The notes under the pieces are model-generated. The model was not told the DNA's origin. It was given only the letters and a program-made list of their open reading frames with translations, and ran no database searches. From an uncultured Deferribacteres bacterium (lineage in GTDB: Bacteria > Zhuqueibacterota > Zhuqueibacteria > Zhuqueibacterales > Geothermadaptataceae): 64,000 nucleotides of DNA. Shown piece after piece: positions 16,256-26,248 of this stretch. Within the stretch, counting starts at the first letter, position 1. Each line of letters begins with the position of its first letter. The DNA lies in assembly GCA_964014485.1 (NCBI GenBank), contig CAXHAT010000006.1:1-64000 (forward strand). Direction: 5' to 3'. Made by a program: the position numbers and the translations under genes.

Positions 16256-17005
16256 CTAAACCTTCTCCACGATTTTCCCGCCTTTCTCGGACAAGCGCCA
16301 TTTGACGACGCCGCCGGCCTTTTCCTGAACAACCCATCCTTCTTTTAAATAATCTTCAAGCGCGCGAACCAAAAATTTTCGCCGTTGTATCGACAGCCGT
16401 TTTTGCAAATCGGTGATTGTAGGCGCCGGCTCGTTTGCCGCAATCGACCGCAAAATTGTGAGAACTTCGAGTCTGATTTTTGAAAGCACGACTTGCTCAA
16501 AAAGATCATCGTCGGACATCGGCGGCACAACGCGCGATTTTTCGGATTTTCGCCCGGCGAGATACATTTCAACGGGATTGGTCGAGGCGCCAGGATTGGT
16601 TTGGATAAATCCGATGCGTTCTTTCAAGCTTTCTCGCAGCGCGACGTGCCCCTCAAAATTGTGCTCGTATTTTAAGACCTGGAAAGATGCGATGTCAAAC
16701 GGCAGATCGTCCAATTCCTGAGAAATCATGATGGTTCGATTAGAAACCGGCACGGAATGGGCCACGCCAAGCTCATAAAAAACGTTGGGATTCATCCCGG
16801 TCAAATCCGCGACAATCGCGTCCGCTTCGTAGATGTTGGCGATGATTTGTTGAATAATATTGATCGGCCCTTGAATATCTTTGACGCGCTCGCAGTCAAA
16901 GCCGCACGCGTTGGCAGCAGGCTTGATCGCGTATTCAAAAATTTCTTCGAACTGCTGCTGGAACGGACTGACGACGAAGCATTTTTTCAGAGGGTTCGAG
17001 TTCAT
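16256..17005 (-). CDS. Nucleoside 2-deoxyribosyltransferase-like domain protein with C-terminal winged-helix-like region
   Basis: CFVVSPF...ADAIVADLTGMNPNVFYELGVAH...LPFDI; ATGA overlap with the permease stop. Confidence 0.8.
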   Translation of the reverse strand: MNSNPLKKCFVVSPFQQQFEEIFEYAIKPAANACGFDCERVKDIQGPINIIQQIIANIYEADAIVADLTGMNPNVFYELGVAHSVPVSNRTIMISQELDDLPFDIASFQVLKYEHNFEGHVALRESLKERIGFIQTNPGASTNPVEMYLAGRKSEKSRVVPPMSDDDLFEQVVLSKIRLEVLTILRSIAANEPAPTITDLQKRLSIQRRKFLVRALEDYLKEGWVVQEKAGGVVKWRLSEKGGKIVEKV

Positions 17006-18348
17006 TTCTGCTTTCGGCACCAATAAAACGCAAACGGAATTCCGGTCGCAATAAACGCCAAATCAGCAAGCGACGCTTGCCATTGATAGTAGGCGCGAAT
17101 GGCGATCAAGATAACAATTGCGACAAAATAGATTCCTGGCAAAATTGGATAAAGCGGCATTTTGTAATGGTCGGCTTCCCCAACATTTTCGCGCCGGAAT
17201 TTGAACAATGCGAGCGTCGTCATTGCATAGAAAATCAAAACAGCGAAGGTCATGCCTGCAACTATCGATTGAAAATTTTGCCGCACCAGCAAAATAACCG
17301 CCGCCCAAGCGCAGTGTGCAATAATCGCCCGCGAAGGCGTGCGAAACTTTGGATGGATATGGTCAAACCATTTAAAAAACAGTCCGTCCTTGGCCATGGC
17401 GTAATAAACGCGCGGCGCCGTCAAAGTTGTGCCGTTCGTGCTGCCGGTCGTTGAAAAAACCACGGCAAGAGCTAAAAACGCGGCGCCGAATCCGCCAAGC
17501 AAAAGCGTCGCCACATCGGATGCTAATCTCTCGCTGCCGCGAACGCCCTCCATGCCAAGCGTTTGGTGATAAAGCAGATTCGCCAGAAGATAAACAACGA
17601 GCACGGTCGTTATTCCAATAAACATGCTCATGGGTATCACGCGTCGCGGATTTTTCATTTCTCCGGCCACGTAGCCGACGCGATCCCACCCCAAAAACGA
17701 AAAAATGATGAGCATCATGGCGGCGGCAAAATTCCCGAGATCGCCAAGTTCCCCAGTCGGCTGCACAGTCTCGCCGAGGTTCACGGAACCTGACGATAAG
17801 GTCGTGATTCCAACGATTACCAGGAAAACGACGGCGGCGACTTTGAAAATTGTGGAAAATTTTTGGTAAGCGCTGGCGATTTTTACCCCAAAATAATTGA
17901 AAGCTCCAAGCGTCGCAATGATCAACAACGCGGCAACGATTCGCATCGTTTCGCTGAGTTCAACAAAATGCCCCAGGTAGTTGACGGCAATAATCGAGAG
18001 TCCGGCGGCGGGACTCGTGCGAATAATGAAAAGTTGCGCCCAGCCAAAAATGAAGCCGACGTAGGGCCCAAAAGCGCGATTCAAGTAAACGTATTCACCG
18101 CCCGTGTTCGGCAAACGCGTGCCTAATTCGGCATAAATCAGCCCGCCGAGAAAGACAAAAACGCCGGCAAAAATCCAGGCCGAAATAATCGTATAAAAGT
18201 TCGAAAAGTATCCGGCGATCAGTTGCGGCGTTGAAAAAATTCCCGCGCCAATCGTGATCCCGATCAAAATCGCCACGCCGTCAAAAACGCCTAAAGTCTT
18301 GCGCAGCGTTGGCGCGCTGTTATTCGCCGCTGAGTTTGTTGTGCTCAT
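17002..18348 (-). CDS. APC family amino acid permease
   Basis: IGAGIF, YAELGTRLPNTGGEYVYL, GEMKNPRR, HPKFRTP; about 12 TM segments. Confidence 0.93.
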   Translation of the reverse strand: MSTTNSAANNSAPTLRKTLGVFDGVAILIGITIGAGIFSTPQLIAGYFSNFYTIISAWIFAGVFVFLGGLIYAELGTRLPNTGGEYVYLNRAFGPYVGFIFGWAQLFIIRTSPAAGLSIIAVNYLGHFVELSETMRIVAALLIIATLGAFNYFGVKIASAYQKFSTIFKVAAVVFLVIVGITTLSSGSVNLGETVQPTGELGDLGNFAAAMMLIIFSFLGWDRVGYVAGEMKNPRRVIPMSMFIGITTVLVVYLLANLLYHQTLGMEGVRGSERLASDVATLLLGGFGAAFLALAVVFSTTGSTNGTTLTAPRVYYAMAKDGLFFKWFDHIHPKFRTPSRAIIAHCAWAAVILLVRQNFQSIVAGMTFAVLIFYAMTTLALFKFRRENVGEADHYKMPLYPILPGIYFVAIVILIAIRAYYQWQASLADLAFIATGIPFAFYWCRKQK

Positions 18349-18470
18349 AAATTCCGCCCTGGATTTTCTGTGATTTTTCCGTCAGCGGCATTTTACTCAG
18401 AAATCCGCGCGCGGGAAAGTTGTTTCAACCGAGCAAAGCCAGTCTTACAAATCAAGACCGGCTTTACAAT

Positions 18471-19607
18471 CTAAAATGTCGGTGTAGGAATATCGCCCCA
18501 CAAAACATGGGGCGGGGGTTCGTCAACCGACAAGATTTTTGCCCGCGCCAAATCGAGACGCACCACGACAATGGGCGTGCGACGAACGGCGCGTTTAAGA
18601 ATATCGTCCGGTAATTCCGGGGAATTTCCAGCAAATCCGGCGACAGTAAAAAGCACTTTGAACTCATCTCGATTGTAGTTCTTTGGGTTAACATGACCGT
18701 GAACGCCCTTTGGAATAACTTCCAGCGGAAGGTCGGCGAGAAACCAGTCGTTAGGCACGACATAGTTCAAAAATCCGCTTCCGCTTTCCCGGCCTGCCTC
18801 GCGAAGCTTTTCAGAAACGCCAGGAGCGGATTGCGCAAGCTCGAAAATCTTTTGGAGTTTGTCTTTCTCAATCTGAACGACGGAGAGCGTCGCCGCGTTG
18901 GTTGTTTTGTGAATCGCTAGCTTTGAAATTGCGATGTTTCGAATCCCAAATCCGCACAAGACTGCAACCACGATAGCGCCAATGACAAAGGAAGCCTTTG
19001 CGATTGAACGATGTTGACGCATTGGCTTGTCTCCGTTTAACTTGCGCCAGATTTTAACGTCGCCCGGCAAAAACATCGATGTGCCGGCGAGATATTCGCG
19101 ATAGCTTTCCCCGAATTTCTCGTCGCACTCTTTCTCTTCTTTTTTTGCTAGCCAAAAATAAACAAAAAGCATGATGACATACATGACGAGCACCATAAAT
19201 CGCGGCCAAACAAACAGCACGCCCAATCCCATGAGTGCAAATGCGGTGTACTGGGGATGCCGGATAACGCGATACAAGCCCGCCGTCACCGCGCCTTTGC
19301 GGCGAAATTTTGCGTAGTAGATTTGACCAGCACCAACCAAAAAAAGCGCGAGTCCGCCTAGAAACAGAATACGCCCAAAAGGATTCAGTGAATTCAGGAG
19401 CCAAGAACTGGTTTCGGAATAATGCGGCAAGAAAAAATGCGTCAACCAGGCAGTCGCCGGGCTGCTTTGCAGGAAGTTCAAGCTTGGGCCATACGATGAG
19501 TAATAGTACAGCGCGAACGGACTGATCATGTAGAGAATCTCGATCCCGATCACCAGATAGAAGATCACTGCAACCGGAATGAGTCGGCGTTTACGTTGTG
19601 TCGACAT
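18471..19607 (-). CDS. Isoprenylcysteine carboxyl methyltransferase / PEMT family membrane protein with extra C-terminal domain
   Basis: VTAGLYRVIRHPQY, EEKECDEKFGESYREY. Confidence 0.82.
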   Translation of the reverse strand: MSTQRKRRLIPVAVIFYLVIGIEILYMISPFALYYYSSYGPSLNFLQSSPATAWLTHFFLPHYSETSSWLLNSLNPFGRILFLGGLALFLVGAGQIYYAKFRRKGAVTAGLYRVIRHPQYTAFALMGLGVLFVWPRFMVLVMYVIMLFVYFWLAKKEEKECDEKFGESYREYLAGTSMFLPGDVKIWRKLNGDKPMRQHRSIAKASFVIGAIVVAVLCGFGIRNIAISKLAIHKTTNAATLSVVQIEKDKLQKIFELAQSAPGVSEKLREAGRESGSGFLNYVVPNDWFLADLPLEVIPKGVHGHVNPKNYNRDEFKVLFTVAGFAGNSPELPDDILKRAVRRTPIVVVRLDLARAKILSVDEPPPHVLWGDIPTPTF

Positions 19608-19738
19608 GATTCATCTCCTTCAATGAATTCAATATGCGATTTTGTGCGAAGCGCATCGATGAGTTGGTGGAAGGTTACGCCGGAGAGTGGAGCATGTGTA
19701 CCGAACTTATAAGATTGGCAGACAAGGTTATCGGTTCG

Positions 19739-20872
19739 TCAGGCGTTCGATTGGCGATATGTGGAAGGGGTCAAGCCGGCGTGCTTCTTAAAGGCTGTGT
19801 TGAAGGAAGAAATTGAGTTAAACCCCGCTTGAAATCCAATTTCAGCAAGCGTCAAATTCTCGTTGGCGGGATCCGTGATCAACCTTTTGGCTTCCTCAAC
19901 GCGATGGCCGTTGATGAATTCGAAAAAGTTTTGACCGGTTTTCTCATTGAGAACTTGTGAAAGATGATGACTGGACGCCGCAAGCATTTTCGCGAGTGCA
20001 TTCAAAGTCAAATCGGTTTTCAAGTGCGGCTTTTCCTTTGGCATGAGCGTTTGAAGCCTTTTCAAAATCTCTTCCGCTCGCTGTGGGGTGAGGGTGGATT
20101 TCTCATATTTTTTGTTCGCCAAAGAACGCGTCTCAACTTCAGAAAAAACTTCAGGACGCCGCAGCCCTTGATAGCCGATAGCGTACATAAAAATTGAAAC
20201 CAGCAAGAAGTTGTAATTCCACGCTTCAACGCCGCCGTGCAATTGTTCGATCAAGAATGCGGCTAGCCAGGTCGCAGAAAATCCAATAATAAAAAAACGC
20301 AGCCAGCGCAGCTTGGCGTTTTCTACCGGCGAGACGTTGCTTCGTGAAAGGTGCGTGTATTGAAGAATCGCTCGCACAGCCGCGAAAATGTAGGCAATCA
20401 AATGCGCGCCGATCAGCCAGGAAACCGCCGCCATAGCGCCGTTGATCGAAGCGTGCTGATGAAATTCGTTTGTCCCGGCGGCGTCGGAATTCAACAAGAT
20501 CGTAAGTGTAAAAATAACAAACGCAAGCGATGCGGGGACAAAGTGCAGGAGTTGTTTCCCAGCGATGCGAAAATTAGTGGCGGTTATCGCCCGGACGTAG
20601 AAGAGAAGCAGAGGGCCAAACAAAAGCGCCATTGTAAAAAAGTAAAACAACGGCTCAAAGAGTTTCTCGAAAAACGATGGGATATTGATGCGTTCTTGTC
20701 CGGGGGATGTGTGGGCGATGGTGTGCAGAATGATGTTTAACGAAAACAAGACCAGCAATGCGGCGAGAATGCGGTTCGCGCGTCGCCGCCCTTTTTTCAT
20801 CGAACTCAATGCTGCGGCGAGCAAAAAGCCGTGGATTCCGCCGAGAATAAGAAGAACAGCAATTGTATTCAT
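19739..20872 (-). CDS. Membrane-anchored AraC family transcriptional regulator
   Basis: N-terminal TM helices; LSQVLN, FINGHRVEEAK, GFNSISSFNTAFKK. Confidence 0.92.
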   Translation of the reverse strand: MNTIAVLLILGGIHGFLLAAALSSMKKGRRRANRILAALLVLFSLNIILHTIAHTSPGQERINIPSFFEKLFEPLFYFFTMALLFGPLLLFYVRAITATNFRIAGKQLLHFVPASLAFVIFTLTILLNSDAAGTNEFHQHASINGAMAAVSWLIGAHLIAYIFAAVRAILQYTHLSRSNVSPVENAKLRWLRFFIIGFSATWLAAFLIEQLHGGVEAWNYNFLLVSIFMYAIGYQGLRRPEVFSEVETRSLANKKYEKSTLTPQRAEEILKRLQTLMPKEKPHLKTDLTLNALAKMLAASSHHLSQVLNEKTGQNFFEFINGHRVEEAKRLITDPANENLTLAEIGFQAGFNSISSFNTAFKKHAGLTPSTYRQSNA

Positions 20873-20885
20873 AGGCAAAAGCGGG

Positions 20886-22070
20886 CTAACTGGCCAGCGC
20901 AGTATTTTGAAGAGAAAAACCCGGCGTTAATTGACGCAAGAATTCCTCACACGGCAGGCACTGAATTTCATTGACCATCAACCGCTCGTGGCCGCGATAA
21001 AGCAAAACCGTTCTGGCAATTGGATAGTCTTGACGAAAGGCTTTCAAGCCGCGCAAGTCTTCCGGGCGCACTCGGGCAGTGTTTTTGACTTCAAATGCAT
21101 GCAAACCTTCCTCGCCGTAAAGCACAAAATCGACTTCAAGGCCGCCGCGAGAACGCCAGTAAAAAAACTCAAACGGTTTGTCTTTGTGAGCATTCCAGGC
21201 GATCAAATTTTGCCCAATCAACCCTTCCAGAGCCGCGCCGCCGATTTCTTCCGGACGGTCAAGCGGGCCTTTGGGACGCAGAGCAGTGAAAACGCCTGCG
21301 TCAAAGAAATAAAATTTAGGGTGGGTGACAAGATTGCGTTTTGCGCGCTTGGTAAACACCGGAATGCGGAAAGCCAGCAGGATGTCTTCAAGAATCGTCA
21401 GGTAGCCTTCCACCACCTTGCGCTCAACCTGACATTCGCGCGCAACAGCGCTAATGTTCAACACTGACCCATGTGAAAAACTTACGGCTTCCAAAAAACG
21501 TGAGAAGTTACCGATGTTGCGGACCAAGCCTTCCATTTGCACTTCTTCACGAATATAAAGCGTCGTATAAGCTTCCAGCGCCGCATGTTTGTCCATCGCC
21601 GTCGTGACCACTGGCAGCAACCCGTGTTTTAGCGCATCGTCCAGTGAGGTGTTTTGATCCAGCTCCGCCAGCATGAAGGGGTGCATCATTCGCAGTAAAA
21701 CTCGCCCGGCGAGAAGGTTGACGCCCGTTCGTTTGAGTTTTCGCGCGCTTGAACCCGTCAAAATGAATTGCTTGCCGGTTTTTTGCTCGATCAAACTATG
21801 AATGGCGCTGAGCATTTCCGGAGCCTTTTGAATTTCATCGACGACAACGGTTCTCGCTTCGGGATTGCCTTGCACCAATTCTGCGATACGCTCCGGATGC
21901 GCCGTAAAATTGCGAAAAACGTCCGGCTTCAGCAAATCCACCCAAAGGGCTTTCGGGTAATGCTGTTTGAGAAAAGTCGATTTCCCTGTCCCGCGCGGCC
22001 CGAAAAGAAAATAGCTTTGCTCTGAAGTTTGGAAGAATCTTGGAATGTATTTTTCCATTTTGCCCTGCAT
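20886..22070 (-). CDS. AAA_14 ATPase with DUF4143 and C-terminal nuclease-like region
   Basis: GPRGTGKS, VVDEIQK, LTGSS, LAGR, KFYFFDAG, YWRS...EVDF...EVK. Confidence 0.92.
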   Translation of the reverse strand: MQGKMEKYIPRFFQTSEQSYFLFGPRGTGKSTFLKQHYPKALWVDLLKPDVFRNFTAHPERIAELVQGNPEARTVVVDEIQKAPEMLSAIHSLIEQKTGKQFILTGSSARKLKRTGVNLLAGRVLLRMMHPFMLAELDQNTSLDDALKHGLLPVVTTAMDKHAALEAYTTLYIREEVQMEGLVRNIGNFSRFLEAVSFSHGSVLNISAVARECQVERKVVEGYLTILEDILLAFRIPVFTKRAKRNLVTHPKFYFFDAGVFTALRPKGPLDRPEEIGGAALEGLIGQNLIAWNAHKDKPFEFFYWRSRGGLEVDFVLYGEEGLHAFEVKNTARVRPEDLRGLKAFRQDYPIARTVLLYRGHERLMVNEIQCLPCEEFLRQLTPGFSLQNTALAS

Positions 22071-22333
22071 TTTGGAAGTTTTTTTCCAAAAACAAGATAT
22101 TCGAAAGTCATTCAGATGTCAAGAAGAAGCTCGCAATGACGTCAGCGTACGTGATTCGAATCGCGAATGCAGGATAAAGTCGGCGTTAATCCGGCTTCCG
22201 AGGTTTTGCACGGATAAGTCGTTTCAACCGAGAAGCGCGGAATTTGTTATTCCAAACCCCGCGTTCGCGAACCAAATAAACGTGAAGGCGTCACGCCATC
22301 AAAACATACGGCGGGATAAAAACCGGAATAAAA

Positions 22334-23977
22334 TTATTTGAGCAGAAGCGCTTTTTGTGTTTTCACTTTTCCGCTTCCGGCAACCATCTTAATGAAGTAG
22401 ACACCGGCGGAAAAGCCGGAGGCGTCCCAAACGACGCTATGCGTTCCCGCGCTCTGCCGCTCATCGACGATGACGTCTATAAATTGACCAGCGGTATTGT
22501 AGATCGATATTTTCACATGAGCATTTTCAGACAGATCATAGTTAATTCGCGTCTGCGGGTTGAAAGGATTCGGGTAGTTCTGATGCAATTGAAACGCAGA
22601 CGGCTGGGAAGAAGCAGGATCGACGTCCGTCGTCATATCCCCGAGTCTGGCGATAACAACATCCCGCTCTCCGTCACTCGTCAACGTTTCGCCGCCAAAC
22701 TGGGCTGAGCCGCCGTAGTTGCCAAGCAGCACGGCGTCTCCGGTAGAGTGAGCAGCTATGGCGGAAGGAAAATCTTCGAGAATGCCGCCAGATTGCTCGA
22801 CCCAGAAAAACTCACCATCTGCACCATACTTGGCAGTGAAAATGTCCGCATCGCCGCCACCGCCTGTTTCTGAGAGCATGACCGTGTCGAACGTGACGTC
22901 CCCGCGGAAAGCCCCAATGATCAAACAATTGCCCGCCGCATCGATAGCCAGATCATGGGCATGGTCGCCTTCAGGCCCGCCCGCCTGCCTGACCCAGAGG
23001 GGTTTCCCGGCGGCGTCGTATTTTGCCAGAAAGAGGTCGAATTGCCCCAGACTGGTGAGTGTTTCGCCGCCATAGGTCGCTTCTTCCCAGAACTCTCCAA
23101 AAACCAGAATATTGCCGTCAGCGTCCAGCGCGATCGCGACGCCGCTATCACCACTGCTGCCGCCCTGCTGTAAAACCCAGAGCAAGTTGCCAAGATGATC
23201 ATACTTGGCAATAAATGTATCTCCAAACCCCATACTGGTCAGGGTCGTGTCATTGAAGGAGGAGATTTCAGAAAACCAACCCGTGACGTAGCTCGCACCC
23301 ATCTCATCTACGGCGACGCTGGCGCCTATTTCCAATCCCGTGCCGCCAGCCTGGGCGGCCCACAGAAAATTGCCGTCCTTGTCAAATCTGGCGACCAAGA
23401 TGTCTAAACTGCCGAAGCTGGTCAGAGTGGTGTCTCCTATTGATATTTCATCGACAAAATGACCCGTTAGAGAAATATTGCCCGACATGTCACCGGCGAT
23501 ATCGCGTGGATTGAAGGAACCGGCCTGCGTGACCCAAAGCATATTCCCGTTCTCATCATACTTTGCAACGTAGGTCCCGCCGGCGCTCAGCGTGGAATCA
23601 CCCACGACTGATCCCTCACCCAAGAGCATGGCGACCAGCATGTTATTCGATCCATCGACTGTTAAGGCCCAGCTAAGGTCGCCATTGCCCCCGCCAGCTT
23701 GCTTCACCCAGATCGCTTCACCGTTTTCGTTGTACTTGGCGAGGAAGATATCGGAGTCACCCCGACTTTCCAGTGAAACGCCGCCGAGAACAGCCGTGCC
23801 GTTAAAAGTGCCCGCCACCAGAGTATTGCCTGACGCGTCAACAACAATACCGCTGCCGCTGATCATTTCGGTTCCTTTAACTTCTTGCAACCAATGCCAC
23901 TGCGGATTTTGTGCAGCAACTGCCTGGCTGATGAAAAGAGCAACAACAAATAGCAAGGGTCGAATCAAATTTCGCAT
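22334..23977 (-). CDS. Secreted beta-propeller (SBBP-like repeat) protein with T9SS/FlgD C-terminal domain
   Basis: Repeats of DIFxAKYDxxGxxxWxxQAGG; LHQNYPNPFNP...GVYF. Confidence 0.88.
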   Translation of the reverse strand: MRNLIRPLLFVVALFISQAVAAQNPQWHWLQEVKGTEMISGSGIVVDASGNTLVAGTFNGTAVLGGVSLESRGDSDIFLAKYNENGEAIWVKQAGGGNGDLSWALTVDGSNNMLVAMLLGEGSVVGDSTLSAGGTYVAKYDENGNMLWVTQAGSFNPRDIAGDMSGNISLTGHFVDEISIGDTTLTSFGSLDILVARFDKDGNFLWAAQAGGTGLEIGASVAVDEMGASYVTGWFSEISSFNDTTLTSMGFGDTFIAKYDHLGNLLWVLQQGGSSGDSGVAIALDADGNILVFGEFWEEATYGGETLTSLGQFDLFLAKYDAAGKPLWVRQAGGPEGDHAHDLAIDAAGNCLIIGAFRGDVTFDTVMLSETGGGGDADIFTAKYGADGEFFWVEQSGGILEDFPSAIAAHSTGDAVLLGNYGGSAQFGGETLTSDGERDVVIARLGDMTTDVDPASSQPSAFQLHQNYPNPFNPQTRINYDLSENAHVKISIYNTAGQFIDVIVDERQSAGTHSVVWDASGFSAGVYFIKMVAGSGKVKTQKALLLK

Positions 23978-24161
23978 TTTGAATCTCCGAAGTGGGTGAA
24001 AAAAGTAGACATGGATTATTCATCATCAACAAAACCGGCAAATGAGGGCGCTCATGATAGTCGCTGATTGGCGTCGGTGAGGCAACACATTGAAGCATGT
24101 TGCTTTGCGGATGGCAAGACGGCGTTTATTTTCGTTTCTTCAAAAGCCTCTTCTTCTTGAG

Positions 24162-25406
24162 TTAAGGATACTTGATCTCCTCGAGCCAAATAAGCAAAAG
24201 CGCATTCGCGACAGGGCGTTCTCCCGCAGCGTCGGAGGGGCGGTTGACGATTTGGTTTTCGACAATCATCGTCGTGGAGCCGCCGCCGTCGAGGTTGAGC
24301 GCTTCGGTACAGCCGAGGTTTTTGAGGTGGGTTGCGAGTTCCAGGAGCGTCATGCCAACGCTGTAATTTTCCTGCCTGCCGTCGACAGTCATGAGATAGA
24401 CCGTGTCAGCTTGCGCTGTGTAACCAATGGCCGTGCGCGGATGGCGCAAAAACGCAAAGCTTTCTTTCGCGCCTTCTTCGCGCCAGTCGATTTGAATTCT
24501 GCCGTTTTTGATTAACCGCGGAATGCCGCCGATTGCTTGCACAATTCCAGTTTCCCCCGGTTCGAGATCAAAGGAGACTTGAACCGTATCGCCGGTTGCA
24601 GCGTAATTTTCCAGAAAAGATGCTGCTTCTCCATGCCCGGAAAGCACGTACGTGCCATTGTGGAGCGGCATCGCTGGGCCGTCCAATCTCCGCTCGCCGA
24701 CAAGCATGTCGAGCTTTCTATTGACGCAAAACCGTTCCAAAGGTCTAATCCGGACTTCCCGCCCGAATTCATTTGTGCCCGTGTCTCCGCCCCAATAGTG
24801 ATTGAAAAAAATCAAAGCGTCTTCGCCGCGCTGCGTGTTCACGCTTTTGATCGGAAACCACGTCGAATCATTGACGGTGAGCCTGGCTTCGAGGTGGAAA
24901 ATATCAATGGACGGTTTGCCGCTTTCATCGATAAAAAAAACAGATCGTTCTGCGGGCGGACGCAGGATTTCACCGTTCCGGATTTGCAAATTGACGGTCC
25001 TGCCTTCCGTCGAGAAAAAATCGCCGTTGATCGCGGCGATAACGCGGCGGTTTTTGCGATTTGAGCGCGAACTCATCGCACTGGTCGTCTCGCGCCCAAC
25101 GATATTGTCCAGCGCTTTGACCGTTTCAAAAGCAAGTTGTTTTTGTTTTAGATCGATTTCAAGAACCTGAATCGACCAGGGTTTTTCAGGGACGGTTTCC
25201 AAAATCAAGCGCACGCCAGGAACGATGCGGCGAACCGTTTTCTCCGCGAAAAGATCGCCGCCGAGCAGCAGCAGACAGAGCCCCGCCGTGAGCGCCACGT
25301 TTTTGGGGATTAATGGAATATTGGATTGTTGGAGTTTTGGCAAAACAACATTCCAAAAATCCATTATTCCATTAATCCATTTTGCATTTATGCGGATGCG
25401 CCTCAC
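24162..25406 (-). CDS. Phosphodiester glycosidase (NAGPA family), secreted
   Basis: AAINGDFF, HPRTAIG, VDGRQ, ALNLDGGGST, ERPVAN; GTG start forms a GTGA overlap with the upstream permease stop. Confidence 0.88.
   Translation of the reverse strand: MRRIRINAKWINGIMDFWNVVLPKLQQSNIPLIPKNVALTAGLCLLLLGGDLFAEKTVRRIVPGVRLILETVPEKPWSIQVLEIDLKQKQLAFETVKALDNIVGRETTSAMSSRSNRKNRRVIAAINGDFFSTEGRTVNLQIRNGEILRPPAERSVFFIDESGKPSIDIFHLEARLTVNDSTWFPIKSVNTQRGEDALIFFNHYWGGDTGTNEFGREVRIRPLERFCVNRKLDMLVGERRLDGPAMPLHNGTYVLSGHGEAASFLENYAATGDTVQVSFDLEPGETGIVQAIGGIPRLIKNGRIQIDWREEGAKESFAFLRHPRTAIGYTAQADTVYLMTVDGRQENYSVGMTLLELATHLKNLGCTEALNLDGGGSTTMIVENQIVNRPSDAAGERPVANALLLIWLEEIKYP
25307..25378. repeat. 72-bp octamer-periodic (TGGAnnnn) hairpin element inserted in frame in the NAGPA signal peptide
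   Basis: GGATTAATGGAATATTGGATTGTTGGAG pairs with TTCCAAAAATCCATTATTCCATTAATCC; length is 24 codons. Confidence 0.8.
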
Positions 25407-26248
25407 CCCTTCACCCCTCCCAACGTCAGCCCCGAAACCAGCCATCGGCTCAAAAATAAAAACAAAATCACAACCGGCATACTGACGACAACGGCGCCTG
25501 CGCTATAAAGCCCCCACTGCGTATCAAACGCGGATTGGAACAGCTTCAAGCCCAGCGGCAAAGTAAACAGATTTTGATCATTCACCAGCACGGCGGCGAC
25601 GAGATATTCCGACCAGGCGGACATAAACGAAAACAGCGCGGTGATCACAAGCGCGGGCGCGGCGAGGGGCAAAACGATGATGTGAAAAGTCTGCCATTGC
25701 GTGCAGCCGTCGATGCGGGCGGCTTCTTCCAGACTCACCGGAATCGTATCGTAGTAGCCTTTCATTTGCCACACGCAAAACGGCAATGCCGTGGCGGAAT
25801 AGGCGATCACCAGCCCCAGAAAGGTGTCGTACACTTGCAAATGCAAAAGCATCAAAAACAACGGCAAAAGCAGCATGGTGACCGGGAACATTTGCGTGGT
25901 GATCAGCGCAATCATGCCGAAATCACGACCGATGAAACGGTAGCGCGAAAAGGCGTATCCGGCGGTTGACGCCAGCGAGACGCCAACGACCGTGACGGTG
26001 AATGAAACCAGCAGACTGTTGCCGAGCCAGCGCAAAAACGGTTGCTGAGTGAACAACTCTTTGTAAGTGCCCCAAGTCGCATTTTCGGGAATCAGAGCGA
26101 GCGAGGTCGTGTGCAGCATGTCGCCGGGACGGATCGAAATGCTGACCACGCGCAAAACCGGATAGACGGCAATCGTCGCCGCGACGATCAGAATCGCGTA
26201 GATGAGAATGGTGACGTACAGCGGGTCTCTGCCGGATTTCGAAGCCAT
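25403..26248 (-). CDS. malG: Sugar ABC transporter permease, MalG-like
   Basis: TQMFP, KGYYDTIPVSLEEAARIDG EAA loop, GLTLGGVKG; TGATG overlap with the upstream permease. Confidence 0.88.
   Translation of the reverse strand: MASKSGRDPLYVTILIYAILIVAATIAVYPVLRVVSISIRPGDMLHTTSLALIPENATWGTYKELFTQQPFLRWLGNSLLVSFTVTVVGVSLASTAGYAFSRYRFIGRDFGMIALITTQMFPVTMLLLPLFLMLLHLQVYDTFLGLVIAYSATALPFCVWQMKGYYDTIPVSLEEAARIDGCTQWQTFHIIVLPLAAPALVITALFSFMSAWSEYLVAAVLVNDQNLFTLPLGLKLFQSAFDTQWGLYSAGAVVVSMPVVILFLFLSRWLVSGLTLGGVKG

Noticed and set aside
22071..22333. Possible gene remnant between the AAA ATPase and the propeller gene
   Set aside because: No recognisable motif in the frames I translated.
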